This document shows, one piece after another, positions 17,101-32,100 of a stretch of DNA of 53,818 bases (position 1 is its first letter; the number at the start of each line of letters is the position of its first letter). Made by a program: the position numbers and the translations under genes. This DNA is from Clostridiales bacterium (GTDB taxonomy: Bacteria; Bacillota; Clostridia; Christensenellales; UBA1242). The notes under the pieces are model-generated. The model was not told where the DNA came from. It was given only the letters and a program-made list of their open reading frames with translations, and did not search any database. The stretch spans positions 1 to 53,818 of the forward strand of contig CAKJYB010000022.1 of the NCBI GenBank assembly GCA_918241715.1, in the 5' to 3' direction.

Positions 17101-20100
17101 TATAACCCCTTGAATTTCCATCGTCTTTTGAAAGGTAAACAAAGTCTTCGCCATTTTTATATCCGTGTCCATAGAATCTATATCCTACAGGTGTATCATA
17201 ATATATGTTTTTGCTGGAGCCATAGTAAATGCTTGTCTTTGTTATACTCTTTGTCTTTTCTTCGTCTTCAAAATATTCTTCTCCAACGTTTTCAATTTCG
17301 TCGTAGTGCGTTTCCAGCATTTCAGGGTCCATATATTCGCTGTAAAGTGTGTAGTAGTTCAAGGTCTTCAATGTTACGTTGATTTTGATTGCAGAGAATA
17401 TTGCATAAATCGTTTCGTCGTCTTCAATTGTATATGTTGTGTTTCTGTCGTTGCTAAATACAATCGTTCCGTTTTTGCTCCAACCAGCAAAGTTGTAAAT
17501 CACATTTGAAGAAACAAATGCAAGTTCTATTTCTTCTCCAAATTCTTTTGTGATTGTCATTGTGTTGTTGTCTGCAATTTTTACTCTGTTTTGTTCTTCA
17601 AAAACTTGTTGCTTGCTGTCGTTGATGGATATAACTTCAAGCGTGATTGTATAACTTTCTATTTCTTCTTCAAAAGTTATTTCTCCATCAATCAAAATGT
17701 TTGAAATGGTGATTTCATAATATTTTTCTTCAAGTATTGTTGTCTCTTGAATATCAACGTCATATCCACTTTGTGTTTGATACGTTCCAACTCTGTAGCC
17801 GTGTTTGTATTTTACAACAAACGTCAAATCTTCTCCTGTTGGAACTTCGATTGAAATGTCTTCAAAGTTGTAATAGTTTCTCTCTTGATATACAAAAGAT
17901 TCAATATTTTCTGGGTTTTCAAATCCAACTGCAACATAGTGTTTGTCTTCCTGTGTTTCAAATGTAAATGCAACATTTCCAAGAATTCCAGAAATTTCAA
18001 GTGTCAACACTCCACCGGTCAAATCTTCGTCAATGTCAAGTGTGTCAACAGAAACGCTGTATCCACTTATCAAATAGCCTGTTGCGCCGTGAACAACCAT
18101 TCTTATTGTTCTGCCGGTTTCAACAGCAAATCTGTTTGCTGAAATTATGATTTCTTCTTCACCTTCTGTTATGTCATAGGCTTGAACAACTCCAACATTT
18201 TCACCGGAGTAAACAACAATGTTTTCGTCTGCCCTTGCTCTGATTGTGTAAGAATAATCTCTGCCAGGCATAATCACAACAAAGTAAATTTGTTCTCCCC
18301 TTGTGTAAGACGAAATCTCTTCTGGAAGTTCGCTTGCACTTGGAATGTGATATCCGTTGTTTGCTTTCACAATAAATGTGAGTGTTTCGTTGAATTGAAG
18401 TTCTGTTTCGTAAGAAGTAATTTCTTGCTCTTCAAACTCCATTGTTCCGTTTTCGATTTCAAGAGTAAGTGTGAAACTTGCAATCTCCCATCTTGCTGTA
18501 AGTGTGTGGGTGTTTGTTGTCGCCATCACATCACTTCCAATCACTCTCTGTCCGTTGTAGTTATACCAGCCCAAGAAGTTGTATCCTTCTCTTTCTGGTG
18601 TTTCAACCCAACCGGCTGAAGTGTTGTATGCACTTTCAAATGCAACTGCAATATTTTCTGTCAAGTCGTTGTAGCCATAATTGAGTGTTACCACAACCCC
18701 AACAGATTCAAAGTTTGGCGTCAAAGTCAAAACTTGATCGTTTTCTCCAACAACCAAATCTTGCAAAACAACATCTTCAAATTGTTCTGGCAAATATGTT
18801 GTTCCGGCTATGGTGATAGAATTTAATACATAACCAACTCTTTCAAGTCCAACATCTTCAAGTGAAGTCTCTCCAAGTTCAAAATAATTTGTCGTCCAAA
18901 TAATTTTTCCTTCGTCTTCAACAAATCCATCAATGTTTGTGCTTGTGTTTTCTGGGTCTGTTGTTGGGATTTCCACTCTCACGCTTTGAGCTTTAAATCT
19001 TACAACAATGTTGTAGCTCTTTGTCATTTTTGAAATTGTAAGTGTTGCTGTTGCTCCATCTCTTGTTACATTTACGAACATCGCCCCAGCCGTGTCATAT
19101 TTGTATCCTTCGTCTGCATCATAGAATCCAACATATGTGCAGTGTTCAAGTGGTGTTGCAAGAATTGAAACTTCTCTGTTGTATCCTGAAACAATCGTTC
19201 CGGCTCTGTCGATAACTTCTCCACCACTCTCTGCCGTTCCATAAGCAGCAGTTCTGCCATTTTCGTCTGCAATTCTTACATTTATTGAATATTCAACTTC
19301 TGACCAATCGGCTGTGAATGTAATAATTGGGTTTTCGTTTTCAAGATAATACATTCCCGCAATATTGTCTGTATCATCTCTCATAAGTTTGTTTAGAAGT
19401 GAAACTGAAGCAGCGTTGTTTCCAACATAGAAATCGAAAATTTCGTTTTCGTATGCTGTTTTAAGCAACAATTCTTCTGCAAGAGCACTTAAGAATTCGT
19501 ATTTTTGAGAATTTTCTTCCACGTTTGTAAACCTAAGCATCCAAGCCTTAAACGTATAACCTGTATAGCCTGAAAGTGATGTTGGGAAGTTTTCTATAAA
19601 CATTGTATCATTTTCGTATGAGTTTGATGTGATGTAAGAAATTGACACAAATGGGAATGCAAGTTTTGTTATGGTCTTGATTCCTGCAATTTCTGTGTTG
19701 GAGTGAACTGCCGTGCTTCCGTTTGCATTGTAGTCAAATCTTAAAGATACAACAATTGGTTCAATAACACCATAACTCCAATTTGTAATTCTGTAGTTGT
19801 CTGCATCTGCTCCACCAAGGGTTAATTCAACTTCAATCGTGTTTCCTATGTCATAAGAAGCATATTCGGCGCTTTCCAAATATACTGCATCTCCAGTCAA
19901 AACACCATCAAGAGCAAACTTGTCAACTCCACCTTCTTGAATTGAGCAGTTTGTGTTTCCATCATATTTCTTTGTAAACGCTTCTCCCAAGGTGCCTGAA
20001 GTTGCTGTGTAAGAAATGTCTTTCTTTGAAACTACAACTTTTGCTTCATTTGAATAAACAAGTTTCTCAACACCATCAACATTGAATGTTGGGCTGAAGT

Positions 20101-23100
20101 CTTTTATGTCGGTTGAGACTTCTATTCTATATTCTCCAACTTTGGCCTTGTTTGCTGTCGAAGTTTGTTCTCCAACAACGTGCAATCTGATGTCAATTCT
20201 TGTCATGTCATAGCCGGTCAAATCAATTTCTTCGTCGTATGTATAATCAAATGACAAGGTATAATCTTCTCCATAAACGATTCTTACAGAGTTGATGTAA
20301 ATCTTCATTTCGGCTTTTTCAATTGTTCCGTTTACCTGTGTTTCATCTGCAGTTAAAGTCAAAATTTGATAGTTTGAAACAACTTCATTTTCTCCAACAA
20401 GTTCTGCTTGAACAACATAGTTTTGTCCAACATACCTTGCTCTTTCAGCATTTTTGAAGAATTCAATCTTAAGTCCAACTTCTTCGCCGTCAACAACTCC
20501 GTCAACAAGTTCGTCTGCATCTTCATAAATGTAAATTGCATCTTTGTTGTCGAATGTTCTTGTGATTGTCTCTTCTTTAAATCTAAGTTCCTTTGGATTT
20601 ATCACAATGTTGTTGTAAACCTGACCAGTCTTCATGAGTGAGACATTATAGTTTTCTGCTTGAGCACTTTCGCACAAATATCTGTATATTCCAACATTTT
20701 TTACTTCTTCTTCTGCAAAACTTAAAACCGAAGTCAAATTTTGAAGAGTTTTTGCTGTTTTTACATATTTGCTTCCGTCATAAATGTAAGTGTTTAATGC
20801 AAACATTTTTTCGTTTGCTCCATCTGTGATAACCAATTTGTATTCGTCAGAAACTTTTCTTACTTGCAATTGGTTGTAGATGTTTCCATCATAAGCAAAT
20901 GCAACACTTTCTGCTGTCGAACTTGTGATTTCTTCTTCGTTTGAAAGGAGTAAGAACACAACAACTGAAGATTTTGTGATTCTATACATTCCGTCGCTGT
21001 TATCTGTTGTAGAACTAATCACAAAGTTTGGATCTGTTGTTGTGCTTGACAAAGCCCTATAGAATCCAACGTTCAATCCGTTTTGTCTTGTTACCTGAAG
21101 AACAACATCTTCAAAAATTGGTGTACGATATGTATAGTTGAATGTGTTTGGATTTGTTTCACCATATTCTACAGAAACAACTCCACTTGTTTCAAACACA
21201 ACATCAAGTGCATATTTTGAAACAACAAGTTTTACAGAGTTGTCAAATGTAAGATTGTAGTTGTCAGAACTTCCTGTCATTTGCAAACTATATTGCCCTG
21301 CAAACAAATAGTTCCATTGTGTGCTGTATGTTGCGCCAACAATTGTAAACTCAATATTATATTCGCTTGTGCCAACTTTGTTGTCTCCACAATAAACGCT
21401 AAACTGCAACGTGCTTGTGTTTGACAAATCTCCATAGGTATATTGAAGATTGTCAATTGTTACTACGGCAGTTTGTTTTGTTATGTCTCCCGTCATTGAA
21501 GCGCTTGAAAGTTGATAATTTCCTGCATCCTCCCCAACAAGTGAAAGTGAGATATTTTTGTTTGTTCCAACATTTGCATTTTCAAATCTTGCAACAATTG
21601 AAACGTCGTCTTCTCCAACTTTTTCTGCAAAAGTTGTGATAGTGTAATTCATGTTTCCGTCATAAATTTTTGAAACTGACAAGTTTGAAACATTTATCGC
21701 TTTCTTTTCAATTTCAAAGTTGTAATCTTGTTTAAAGATAATTATTGGATAAGAATTTGACCTTGTGTAAATTGCAAGTTTGTTTGTTCCTGCAGTTGTA
21801 AATTCTGTCTGTCTTATCTCTTGCCCCTGTCCATCTCTTGCTGGGCTGTATACTTCAATTTCGCTGAAATCTGATATTGTGATTTGTGTTGACTCCTCCC
21901 AGAATGTCAAGGCAGAAGTGTATGTGTTTGCTCCATTTGAAATTTCAAATGTTTGCGTTGAAAGATTTACAGAAAACTCATATTCGCTTCCGTTGTATGT
22001 TTGTGTCAAAATTCCAGTATTTACAATTCTTGCTTCAACAATATTGTTGTTTGCCAAAATTTCAAGACCTTCATTTGTTGGAACAGAAACCAAAACGCTT
22101 CCGTTTGCAAATGATGTCGTCTCTGGTTGAAGATTATAGAAGTGGTCGGCAATAAGTTGTGATGGGTTTGTAATTCCATAAGTATAATAACTTAAAGTGA
22201 TTGAATCCCCCGTCTCACTTATTGTCATTGGAACATCAACATAATTGTCTGTTCTGGTTGCAGGAGCAACAACCTTAAATGCCCCTTTGTTTAAGTTTTT
22301 AACAACGTTGAGAGGTGCCACTTGAATTTGTGGCTCTGTGATTGAAACGTCAAAATCTTCAAACGTTGCAGAAACATCAATTGTGTACGTTCCCACATAC
22401 AGACAGCCAGCTGTGTTTGCTTGTGCCAAACTTGGAAGAGCATATGAAATGGTGTATCTCTCTTCGTTTAATAAGTTTGTAACATTCTGTCCGTTTGCAT
22501 AAAGCACAATGCTTTGCAAAAGTGATTCAAAATTGTTTTCTCTTACTTCACCATAAACATAACTTGCTTTTGTTGTTGCAATTGTTCCTGTTGCAGAAAG
22601 TTTTGAAATGGTTGCTGTCGTTGATGGTGCGCTAAGTTCATAGTTTGCGATGTTTTCTTCTCCAGTTCCAACAACGTTCAACAAAACGTTTACGCTTGGG
22701 TTTGCGTAAGGTGATTCGTATGTTGCAAGAATATAAACATCTTCATAATTTTCAATTGATGGAATGACATCTCCGTTTAAATCAATATAAGCAATTGTCT
22801 TTCCATCATACACCTTGTCAAGATTGAAAGTTTCTACATCAAGTTCTTGCTTTTTGATTGTAAATTGATATCCGGTTTCAAATCTTATTGTTGTATAGTA
22901 ATTTGAAATCTGTTGTCCAAGATTGAATGTGTATGCATAAACGCCACAATCAATTGCGTGTGCAATATCAACTGAGTTGTTGAAGTATGGTGTTATGTCT
23001 GATACCTTTGTCTTGAGAATGTTTAAGATTGTAGAATTTGTTATTTCTTTTTGATTTGCAACGTCGTAGAGTTTGAGTTGGATATCTTTTATCTTTGTTT

Positions 23101-26100
23101 CGCCGTTGAAGATTTGCAACTTAAACGAATCTGTAAGTGCAATTGTGTATCCATCTGGGTTGTAAACAACTTCAAGGTTTTCTCTTGTTGAAGCATCAGT
23201 TTCGTAAGAAAGTTTGATTTCTCCAGCGCATGAAATTGTAAATGTTCCAACAACAATTGTTGTGTCTGGTGTTGAATTTTCAAAAATCACATCTTCACCA
23301 CAAACAATCGTGTAGTTTCCTTTGCTTTGAGAAGCCACATCTTTCAAATACAATCTGTATTCTCCAATATCTTCTCCGGCCTGTCTTGAAAATTCTATTT
23401 CAAGTTCTTCAAATCCCGTGCTGAATGTCTGCTTTATGTCTTCATTGTCTCCGTTGAAATACTTTCCTTTTGGAGAAATTTCTCCGTCAATATCAAGCAC
23501 AAATGGAGTGATTTCAAACACAAAGTCAAAATCAAGTTCTGTTCCACTTTCAACAACATAATAGTCTGTGTTGTAGGAAAGGTGTATTGAATATTGTCCA
23601 ACATTTACCATTTCGTCAACAACATTTCCACCCTTGGTTGTTTCTGCACTCAAAACGTCGTCTGTTGTAAAGAACACTTCTTCCATGTCAGGGAGTTGAT
23701 AGTATTCTCCCGTCTCATTATTGTATCTCAAATATCTTACATCAATTGTCCAATCTTGAGAGTGGTTATAACTATCATAAATTGCTGTATCTTCTCCAAC
23801 AAGTTCTATCTGTGTGATTTTGTGTGGCATCAAGTTTATTGTAAATTCAACCACAGCATCTTCTGCGTCTGTTGGGTTTGGAACAACATTTTTAAATCTT
23901 TCTTTTACTTTGGCAGAAATCGTCAAAGAATATTCTCCACTATCTGTTGTGATACCACCATTTTCAAGAGACAAATTTTCTCCTTCAGAAACAATTTGTG
24001 TGCCTTTCTTCCATACGTAAGTGTATGTAAACAAGTCGTTGCTTTTGTTTGTTATGGAAACAATTTCTTCCATGCTGTATTGATAAAGCGTTCCAACTTG
24101 CAAGTTTATTGTCTCAACTTTTTGTTCTGTCAAAATGTCCCCAATTTTCCAAACAACATCAAGTTCCAGTCTTGCATGCTTTTCAGTCAAACCCTTAAAC
24201 GTGTCTGATGGTCCTGTAAAGAGTGTTGTATAGTCAATTGCAACGCCCGTTGTGTCTTTAAGATTGAATGTAACAAATTCAAATCCACCTTCGTTTGGAA
24301 TAAACAAATCGTCTATAGTCGAAACCCCAAGTTTCAAAACGGATCTCTCAACAGAACGTGTTGGATAATCTTCTGGGAAGTTTAGATTGTATACCACTTC
24401 AACCAAATCTGTAAATGTTGCATAGTAGTTTACTTCCGTCTCTTTATCTTCGTTCATTTCGATTCCGTTTGTAAGAATGTCAAATCCACCATTTTCTTCA
24501 AATGGTCCATCAACATCTCTAAGTATGGTGTCTGACCACTTGTGGAATCTTATGTTTTCTGTGATATATTTTGTGGTCAAAACAACTGAAATACGTTTTA
24601 CAACCTTGTGTGCAAAAATCGATACATTGTTGTCGTTGTTGTGAACAATTTTAAAGAGAACCATTCCACCAGCCGACACTCTGTATTCTTTTTCTTCAAG
24701 GAAGTCGTCGCTTCTCTCCTGCTTCCACTTTGTTGGATCGGTTTGTGCTGAAGGATCGCTTCCGGTATAGTAAGCAACCCCAATAATTCTGAGAAGATTT
24801 TGCGCAACATCTGTGCTTATTTCCGTAGATGTTCTTTGCCCTTGACTTGTTGTAAGGTATTGTGCAGAAATGTTTACTCTATAGAAATCTTTTGTTGAAA
24901 GAATCTTATAGATGTCATTTTTGTCTGCAAGCACTTTAAATCTGTCAGAAACAAATTGATATTCGTTTCCAACCTTTCTGTAAATATCCACATTTGAATA
25001 ATACAAAACATTTTCCACGCCAAATGCTGTGTAGTCTGTATCAACTCTTCCAGATCCACCATTTGATGTGTAAAGTTTTGCTTTCATAAACAAATCGTCA
25101 GTGATTTGATAATAAGTCTGTCCTTCAACAGCTTCAGCTTCATTTCTTCCAACAAACCATTCAATGTCTGCACAAGAAAGAGTTTCGTCATAGTAAGAAT
25201 AGCCACTAGACTCTGAATTTGCAACTTGAAGAATTTGTGGCAAGATATATATTGAAGCGATTTCAAAATATGTGTTTCCATTTTCGTCTTCTAAAAGGCT
25301 GTAGTTGTTTAATGTCTCTTCACTTGCAGAGAAATAGATGTATAATTCTGCAGTTGAATTTGCTTCAATTCCACTTGCATTTCCATTTATTTTTACAGAA
25401 GAAATTGAAAGTTCACTTCTTATCTTTGAATCAGAAACATCTCCATCAACACTCTTAAATTTGAATGCTGATGTATAGTCAGAGATATCTCTTCTTTTTC
25501 CATTGTCTGTGTAAATATATGAAGAAACAAATCTTAAATTAGAGATTGTTCTTTCGGCATCTTCTTGATGTGCATCATAATATGTTTGATAATCTGAATA
25601 TTTCCAATTTTTGTATGTGAGATAATCTGCATCAACAAGTTGATTATAGAATTTTAGCATTACAAATTTGTAGATGTTTTCGTCGCTTGCTGAATTTGCT
25701 GTGTTGTCATGATCTCTTATATAATCAGCAAAATTTTCAATGTTTGTAAAGGCTTGAATTGTCTGATATTCTGCGTCTGAAACAAGCCCTTTCATTATAT
25801 TTTTTACGCTTGCAAGTTTTACAAGATTTTCGTCAATAGATGCTTCCGTGTCAATTGATGCTTTCAACACTCCTACACTGAATGTGTGGATTTCTTCAAT
25901 TATTGTTCCACAATTATAATATTCTGCATTGTCTTCTACAACAATCTTAAATGTCTTTGTGTAAACTCCGGCATCTCTTACAGAAAATTCTGTTTCTTCT
26001 TCGTCGTTGAGATACATTGTAAGTGTTGCATGTAGTTCGTCTGAAATTGTTATTTCAAGCAATCCTGACGCTGAATTGAAAGCAACGTTTTGATATCCGT

Positions 26101-29100
26101 TATATACAAAACTGCTTCCCTCTGTCGTAAGAAAACTTCCAACATAAACAAGTTGGCTTTCTGCAGTATATTTCAATTCTTCAATTTGGCTTTCAAATGA
26201 AATGCTGTAATCACCATCAAATTCCCAAGCAACATACAAGTTGAGATTTGGTTCGTCCGTCTGTGTCAAATCACATGTTTCAATATATTGATCAAAGATT
26301 GTGTCTTCTGCTATTTGGTTTCTTCCGGCAATTTCTGTGCTGTTTGCATATATTCCCAAAAATCTGAAATCTTTTCTTGTTGGAATTCTGTTTGTTGCAT
26401 AGTCGGCATAGATGTTTGCAAAGGTTGAATCATAGACGATGTCATAGTCTTCATACCCTTCACCTTCCGTCTTTCTTACGCCATTTTTATAATAAACGTT
26501 TGCGCTGTTTTGATATACTCTGACTTTGTAGTGTCTTGCTTCCCAAACGGCAACAAGTGTGATTTCTCCATCATAGATATATTTTCCGTCCGCATCAAAA
26601 TAGTCGCCTTCACAAAATACGAATTCGCTTCCGTCTTTTTCAATCACGTAAGGTCCAAGTGGAGATTCTTCGTCAACATACAATTTCCAACCAAGCAAAT
26701 CATAGCCGACACGATCAACCTGTGGAATGTTTGGCAAAGTTTGGTCAAAGAAAACATTGACAACGTTGCTGCTTCCCGGTGCAAACGTTCCATCGTTTGC
26801 ATTGAAGTTTATATTATAGTTGTTTGCACTCCATCTGAAATAAATGTGCACAACATTCTTGTCGTCTCCTTCGTCATGGACGCTTTCAAAAATGTCATTT
26901 CCAAGCAAAATGTTGTTGTCAAACAACACAACTTCTTGCCCGTTGTTGCCCGTGTATGCCATAAACTCTGTTTGTGCAAGCTCTCTGTATCCCGTTCTTC
27001 TGCTAAAATGTTCTCTAAGGTTAAATCCTGCATCAGAACTTCCAAAACTTGATATATCGGTTATATCAACTTCTTCTCCAAAACGAGAAGTATATTTGGT
27101 CAAAGATGCAAAAGCTCCTGTATTGTTTGTTGTCTCTTGGTTTTCTGTGTTGTAAACATGGCCGTTTCTTCCATCTCCATATTCATTTAAAAGTCCTGTT
27201 CCAGAGTGGAAAACAAGGGTGATTTCTTTTCTTACAACAACTGGCACAAGATAGTATGATTGAGAAACTCTTCCTTGATATTCGTATGCCCTTTGAGTCA
27301 TTCTGTCAACAAGGAAATTGAAGTTATAACTTGCCAAAACATCTTCGCTTTCCCAATAGTCATGGTTGGCATCATACCTTACTGGAACAACTTCCCCCTC
27401 ATCGTTTACACAATAGATTCTATAGCCGGCGTATTCGTATCCGGCCGCATTTTCTCCTGTAAGTGCTGTTATTGAAACGCCTTTGTATGCAGTGTTTTCA
27501 AGTCCTATAGTATATGTATATTGATTTGGGCTCAAACCAGAAACGCCCGATTCAATGCCAAGCTCTTGATATGTTGCAATCTGTCCATTTGACTTGTCCC
27601 AAATTTGATTTTGATAAAGTTCAAAATTGATCACTTTTCTTGTAAAGACTGAACGCACGTTCATTACAAAATCTGCACATTCACACGCAATAAACATGTC
27701 AGAATAAACAAATTCAAGTGTCGTCGATGTGTCATCATACTCAACGATTTGTATTGCGTTTGTTCTGTTACCATTTACAACTTCAAACCATCTCAAGAAA
27801 TATGCGTGATTTGGTGCTACAACTTTCACTCTGATTTTTGAATTGAATGCAAACTTGTTGCTTGCCCTGTTGTCCGTATATGCCGTCCCCGTTGAAACGC
27901 CCGTTGGTCTTGTATAATAATCAAACGTTTTTGCATTTTCTTCGTCCCAAACCATGACCCCATCAACTTCTTTTTGTGAAATTATTTCCATGTCAGTATA
28001 TTTCATTGTTTGGGTGTTTAAGATTCCATCAATTGTTGTATTAAAATTGATGTCGTATTTTACTTCTTCGCAGACAATTCTTACAATGTATCTTGCTGCA
28101 GGGAAACTTGTATCGTAATTAAACGAAATCTCATTTATGTTGTTTTGCGTGTCAAAAGTCCCCGGGTCGTCAAGTCCGTTTATTTCATATTGACTGCTTT
28201 CGTCTCCCCCTTCAGGAATTTCTTTTGCAGGGTTTATGAAGAAAACTTGATTGTTGAGATATACGCTATTTGGTCTGTCTGCGTCCTGTTTAAACCTGTA
28301 ATATTCCGATGGGTTAACTACAAACTTGAATGTTCCTGCCTGCTCAACATCATACATTGTGTGTTCTGCAACAATTGTTGGTGCATTTTCCAAAATCTTT
28401 TTGTAGCCGGTGATATTTCCTTCTCCATCTTTTTCTTCCAAAACAAATTCAAATGACAAGTCAACGATTGTCGCTTTGCTTGAAATGGAATAATCTTTGT
28501 TTGAATATTCCACTGCACCTGTAAAAACTGCATATCCTTTTGAATTGTTTGTTTGTCCTGCACTGGTTACTGGAATAATAGTTGCAGAATACCTGTTTGC
28601 TGGTACGTCTTCGTCGTGATCCTTATCAATCCTTTTTCGTAGCCCACCTTGTATGGAAATCGTGTCTCTTATATCTTTTGCCATGGCTATAAACACAAAA
28701 TCTTGATTGTAGAAATATTGGAACGAATACTTTGCATTTCCATCTTCTATAGTTTTTACAATTTTTACAATTGTGTCTTGAATGGAAGTTGACAAAACTC
28801 TTCCATTAGCCCCTATTTGTGGTGAGCTGTTTAACAGATAGACAGCTCTCAGCCCGTCTCCATCGTCTGAAAACAGATAATTTCTCTCACCAAAAGAAAC
28901 GATGTTGTCAGCATTTTCTGAAAAATTTGTGATTGAAAGATTTTCAAATGCGTTGTCATTTGAAATCAATCTCAAGGTGTCAAAATTAAATCCAACATAC
29001 CTTTCGTCTTCACCGGAGAATGTTATTCCATATTCTTCCCCGTATATACTTACCTTTTTGCCAACAACATCATATTTTGGTCCAATGGCAAAATTAAAAT

Positions 29101-32100
29101 CACCTGAAAGGGTTAAGTCTTTTTCATATTCGTCTCTTTCAATTGTGATATTGCAAGAATAGTCGTCCGACAAATTTAAAAATGCCAATTTGTTGAGTTT
29201 ATCTATTCTTGAAACAGGAAGAGAAATCTCATCTTCCGAAAAGTTGCTTCCAACAAGTTCTTTTACTTTTGCTTCTCCAAAATCACCATAATCATCTTCG
29301 TTAAAATAAACACCCTGTATATGATAGCCTTCCTTGAGAGCAAAATTGAGTCTCAAAAAGTTTTCCATCCTGTCGCTATACTTTGTGTTGAAACGAATAA
29401 CAATCTTATTTCCAGAAAGTTGCGCTGTAAATTTATTCCCTGAGTTGTCAGTTGTGCTTTCATATTTTTGCAAATAAATTGAATCCATGTTTAAAACTTC
29501 AGAGAAATTAAACTTGTTCTTTGCTGCATAATCTCTGCTTTCGACGTCCGAACTCTTGTTTAAATTGATTGTGAACGTATAGTTTTCTTCAGTTGTTCCC
29601 GTCCATTTTACATAAATATTTTTATGCGTTTGTCCATCGGCAAGATTCATTCTGTCGTCAATTCTAAGTGCTTTGGAAAAATTTCCATTGCTGAAAGATG
29701 TGTAATAGCTTGCAGTATAATTTTCTCTTGCCTGCGACGTTATCTCTGGCCATACTTCGGTTAAGATGTCGTCATAGCCGAATGTTCTTTCTTCATAGAC
29801 TTCTGTTGTTGCAAAACCAGCATACACTTCATATTCATTTTTTACAATTCTTACATCAACATTTCTCTCTTCATATTGTGCAGTAAACACCAACTCATTG
29901 AGAGTTATTTCTTCTTTTCTCAAAGGCAACTCAAATGCAATTGTGTCAACAGAAACTTCTGTGTTTTCTGCCGTTTTATAGCTTTTAAGATAATATCCTT
30001 CGTTGACAATATAGTTTGCAACTGAGATTTTTGGATTTATTTCTTGTGGGGATCTTGTTGGCAAAACCAAGTTTTCAAAAGATGTGGCATTTTGAACTTT
30101 GTATTGGCTTCCATCTTTTTTCAAAAGAGTTTGATATTGTCCGTAAATATACTTGCTGGTTTGACTAGTGTTATCATAATAATAAATTCTTCCACCATTT
30201 ACATTTGTTTCTACAACATATCCTTCTGGTGTGTAAACATTAAAACATACATCTTCAACTTTTCCTTCAATGTTGGCCTTTCCAAAATAAACATGTAAGC
30301 TGTTGTTTTCAACATGTCCAACAGGAGTTTCATAGTCTGTTGTGCAGTTTACAAGATAAGTTGATGCAACAACATTTCCAATGATAGCCCCTTTCCTAAC
30401 CGAACTTCCGTCAGAAAGATATTTGACGTTTTTAACATTCAAGTTTTTAATGACAGCACTGGAAGTTGACCCAAAAACACCAAAGTTTTCAACACCAAAG
30501 TCGCTTTGGTGAGAACTTACAAGGCCATAAATCGTGTATCCGTTTCCGTCAAAGACTCCGGCAAATCCAACAATTGGTTGCCATGCTCTTTCGGAAAGAT
30601 CAATGTCGTTTTGAAGAGAAAAATATTTCCCTAATGTAGAAGACATCTTTCTTACCAATGTCAAGTCTCCAACAGAATAAATTCTGTAAGGATCATACTT
30701 TTTTCCACTTCCGAGCAAGTTGGTTGCAGTGGATTGTGCGTTTACATCGCTGTCGGCCGTTTCGTCCAAGAATTTGAGATATGGCATAGAGCTGTTTACT
30801 GATGCTGAAATATCCCAAGTGTTTTCAAAATCCCATATTGTGTTTGGGTTGTTCCCCCAAAGTTTTTTGTTTGCATAAAATCCTTTTGTCTTTGCCCAAT
30901 CAACAATCTCTTTTACTCCATAATTGCTTGAAGTGTAAAGAGTTTGGTCATAGACCCTGTTTAGCAACACGTCATTTTCAACTGAATAATAAAGGAAGCC
31001 GCCACTTACAACATCACCAATTGTTTGTCCTATGCTCCTTGTTGCACCCTTTACCACTCCGGTATTAAACGAATTTTTTATTGCAAAGTTGTCCATTCCA
31101 CCAATAAACCCGACAAGCCCACATCTGTAATTATCTCCGTTTACTTCTCCGGCGTTGTAGGAATTGTTAAGTTCATTTTTCTTGTTTACTCCCGTCTTTG
31201 TCTGTGTCTCTGATCTTCCAATAATTCCACCAACACTTGAAATAGACCCCTGCACTGAAGAAATCTTTGCAGTGTTGTAAACATTTGTCAACTTGACACC
31301 TGTTGGGTTTTGTGCCAACCACCCAACAATACCACCAATGTATCCTTTTGTATGATTTGTAATCTCTCCATCAAAAGAAGCGTTGTCAATTGAAACGCCA
31401 ATAAATTCTCCAACGATACCACCGACACATGAAAGTTCTGCCGTGCCGTTTCCATCTATGTAAACGCTGGATTTAAGGTTTGATATTTTTGTGTTTACGT
31501 TTCTCTTTCCGTTGGAATCTGGATTAGGAGAAGAAACGGTTCCAATCACACCACCAACGTTTTGATAATTCCCAGATGCAGAAAGATTCATCTTTCCTGA
31601 TACAGAACAATATCTAACGGCTTCACAACCAGCCCCCGTAGCCGTCGATGCAACTCTACCAACAAGTCCACCAACATTGTTTGCCTTTCCTGTTATGTTT
31701 ATGTTTCTAAGGTTTAAGTTTAAAATCGTTCCACCTGCTCCAGAAATAGAACCAAACAAACCGGCATTGTTAAAATTGCCTGAAACATTTAGGTTGTAAA
31801 TATAGTGCCCGTTTCCGTTGAACGTTCCTTGAAAATATCTGTTGTCAACATTTGCAATAGGAGTCCATGCATGACCACCAAGGTCCACGTCTGTTTCCAA
31901 ATGAATTGTCTTTCCACTATAAGATTCTTGTCCGTTTACAGCGTTTACACTTTGAGCAAACTTAACAAATCCTTTTGCCGTGTATATGTAATAGTCGTTT
32001 CCAGATTTGTAAAAGTCTGTATCTGAAACATCTCCAACAGAACTGCCGTCCCACAATTTGTCGCCAGAAAGAGATGTCGTCTCTTCTCCTGCAGCAGAAA

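Noticed and set aside
23594-24208. 204-aa plus-strand ORF, and many other 60-190-aa plus-strand ORFs between 14.4 and 32.2 kb and between 43.1 and 53.1 kb (e.g. 26510-27052, 18182-18619, 52343-52696).
   Set aside because: All lie antisense inside the two giant minus-strand ORFs. Their translations are Cys/Phe/Leu/Asn-rich and low-complexity, typical of the shadow strand of purine-rich coding DNA. None has an SD or promoter.
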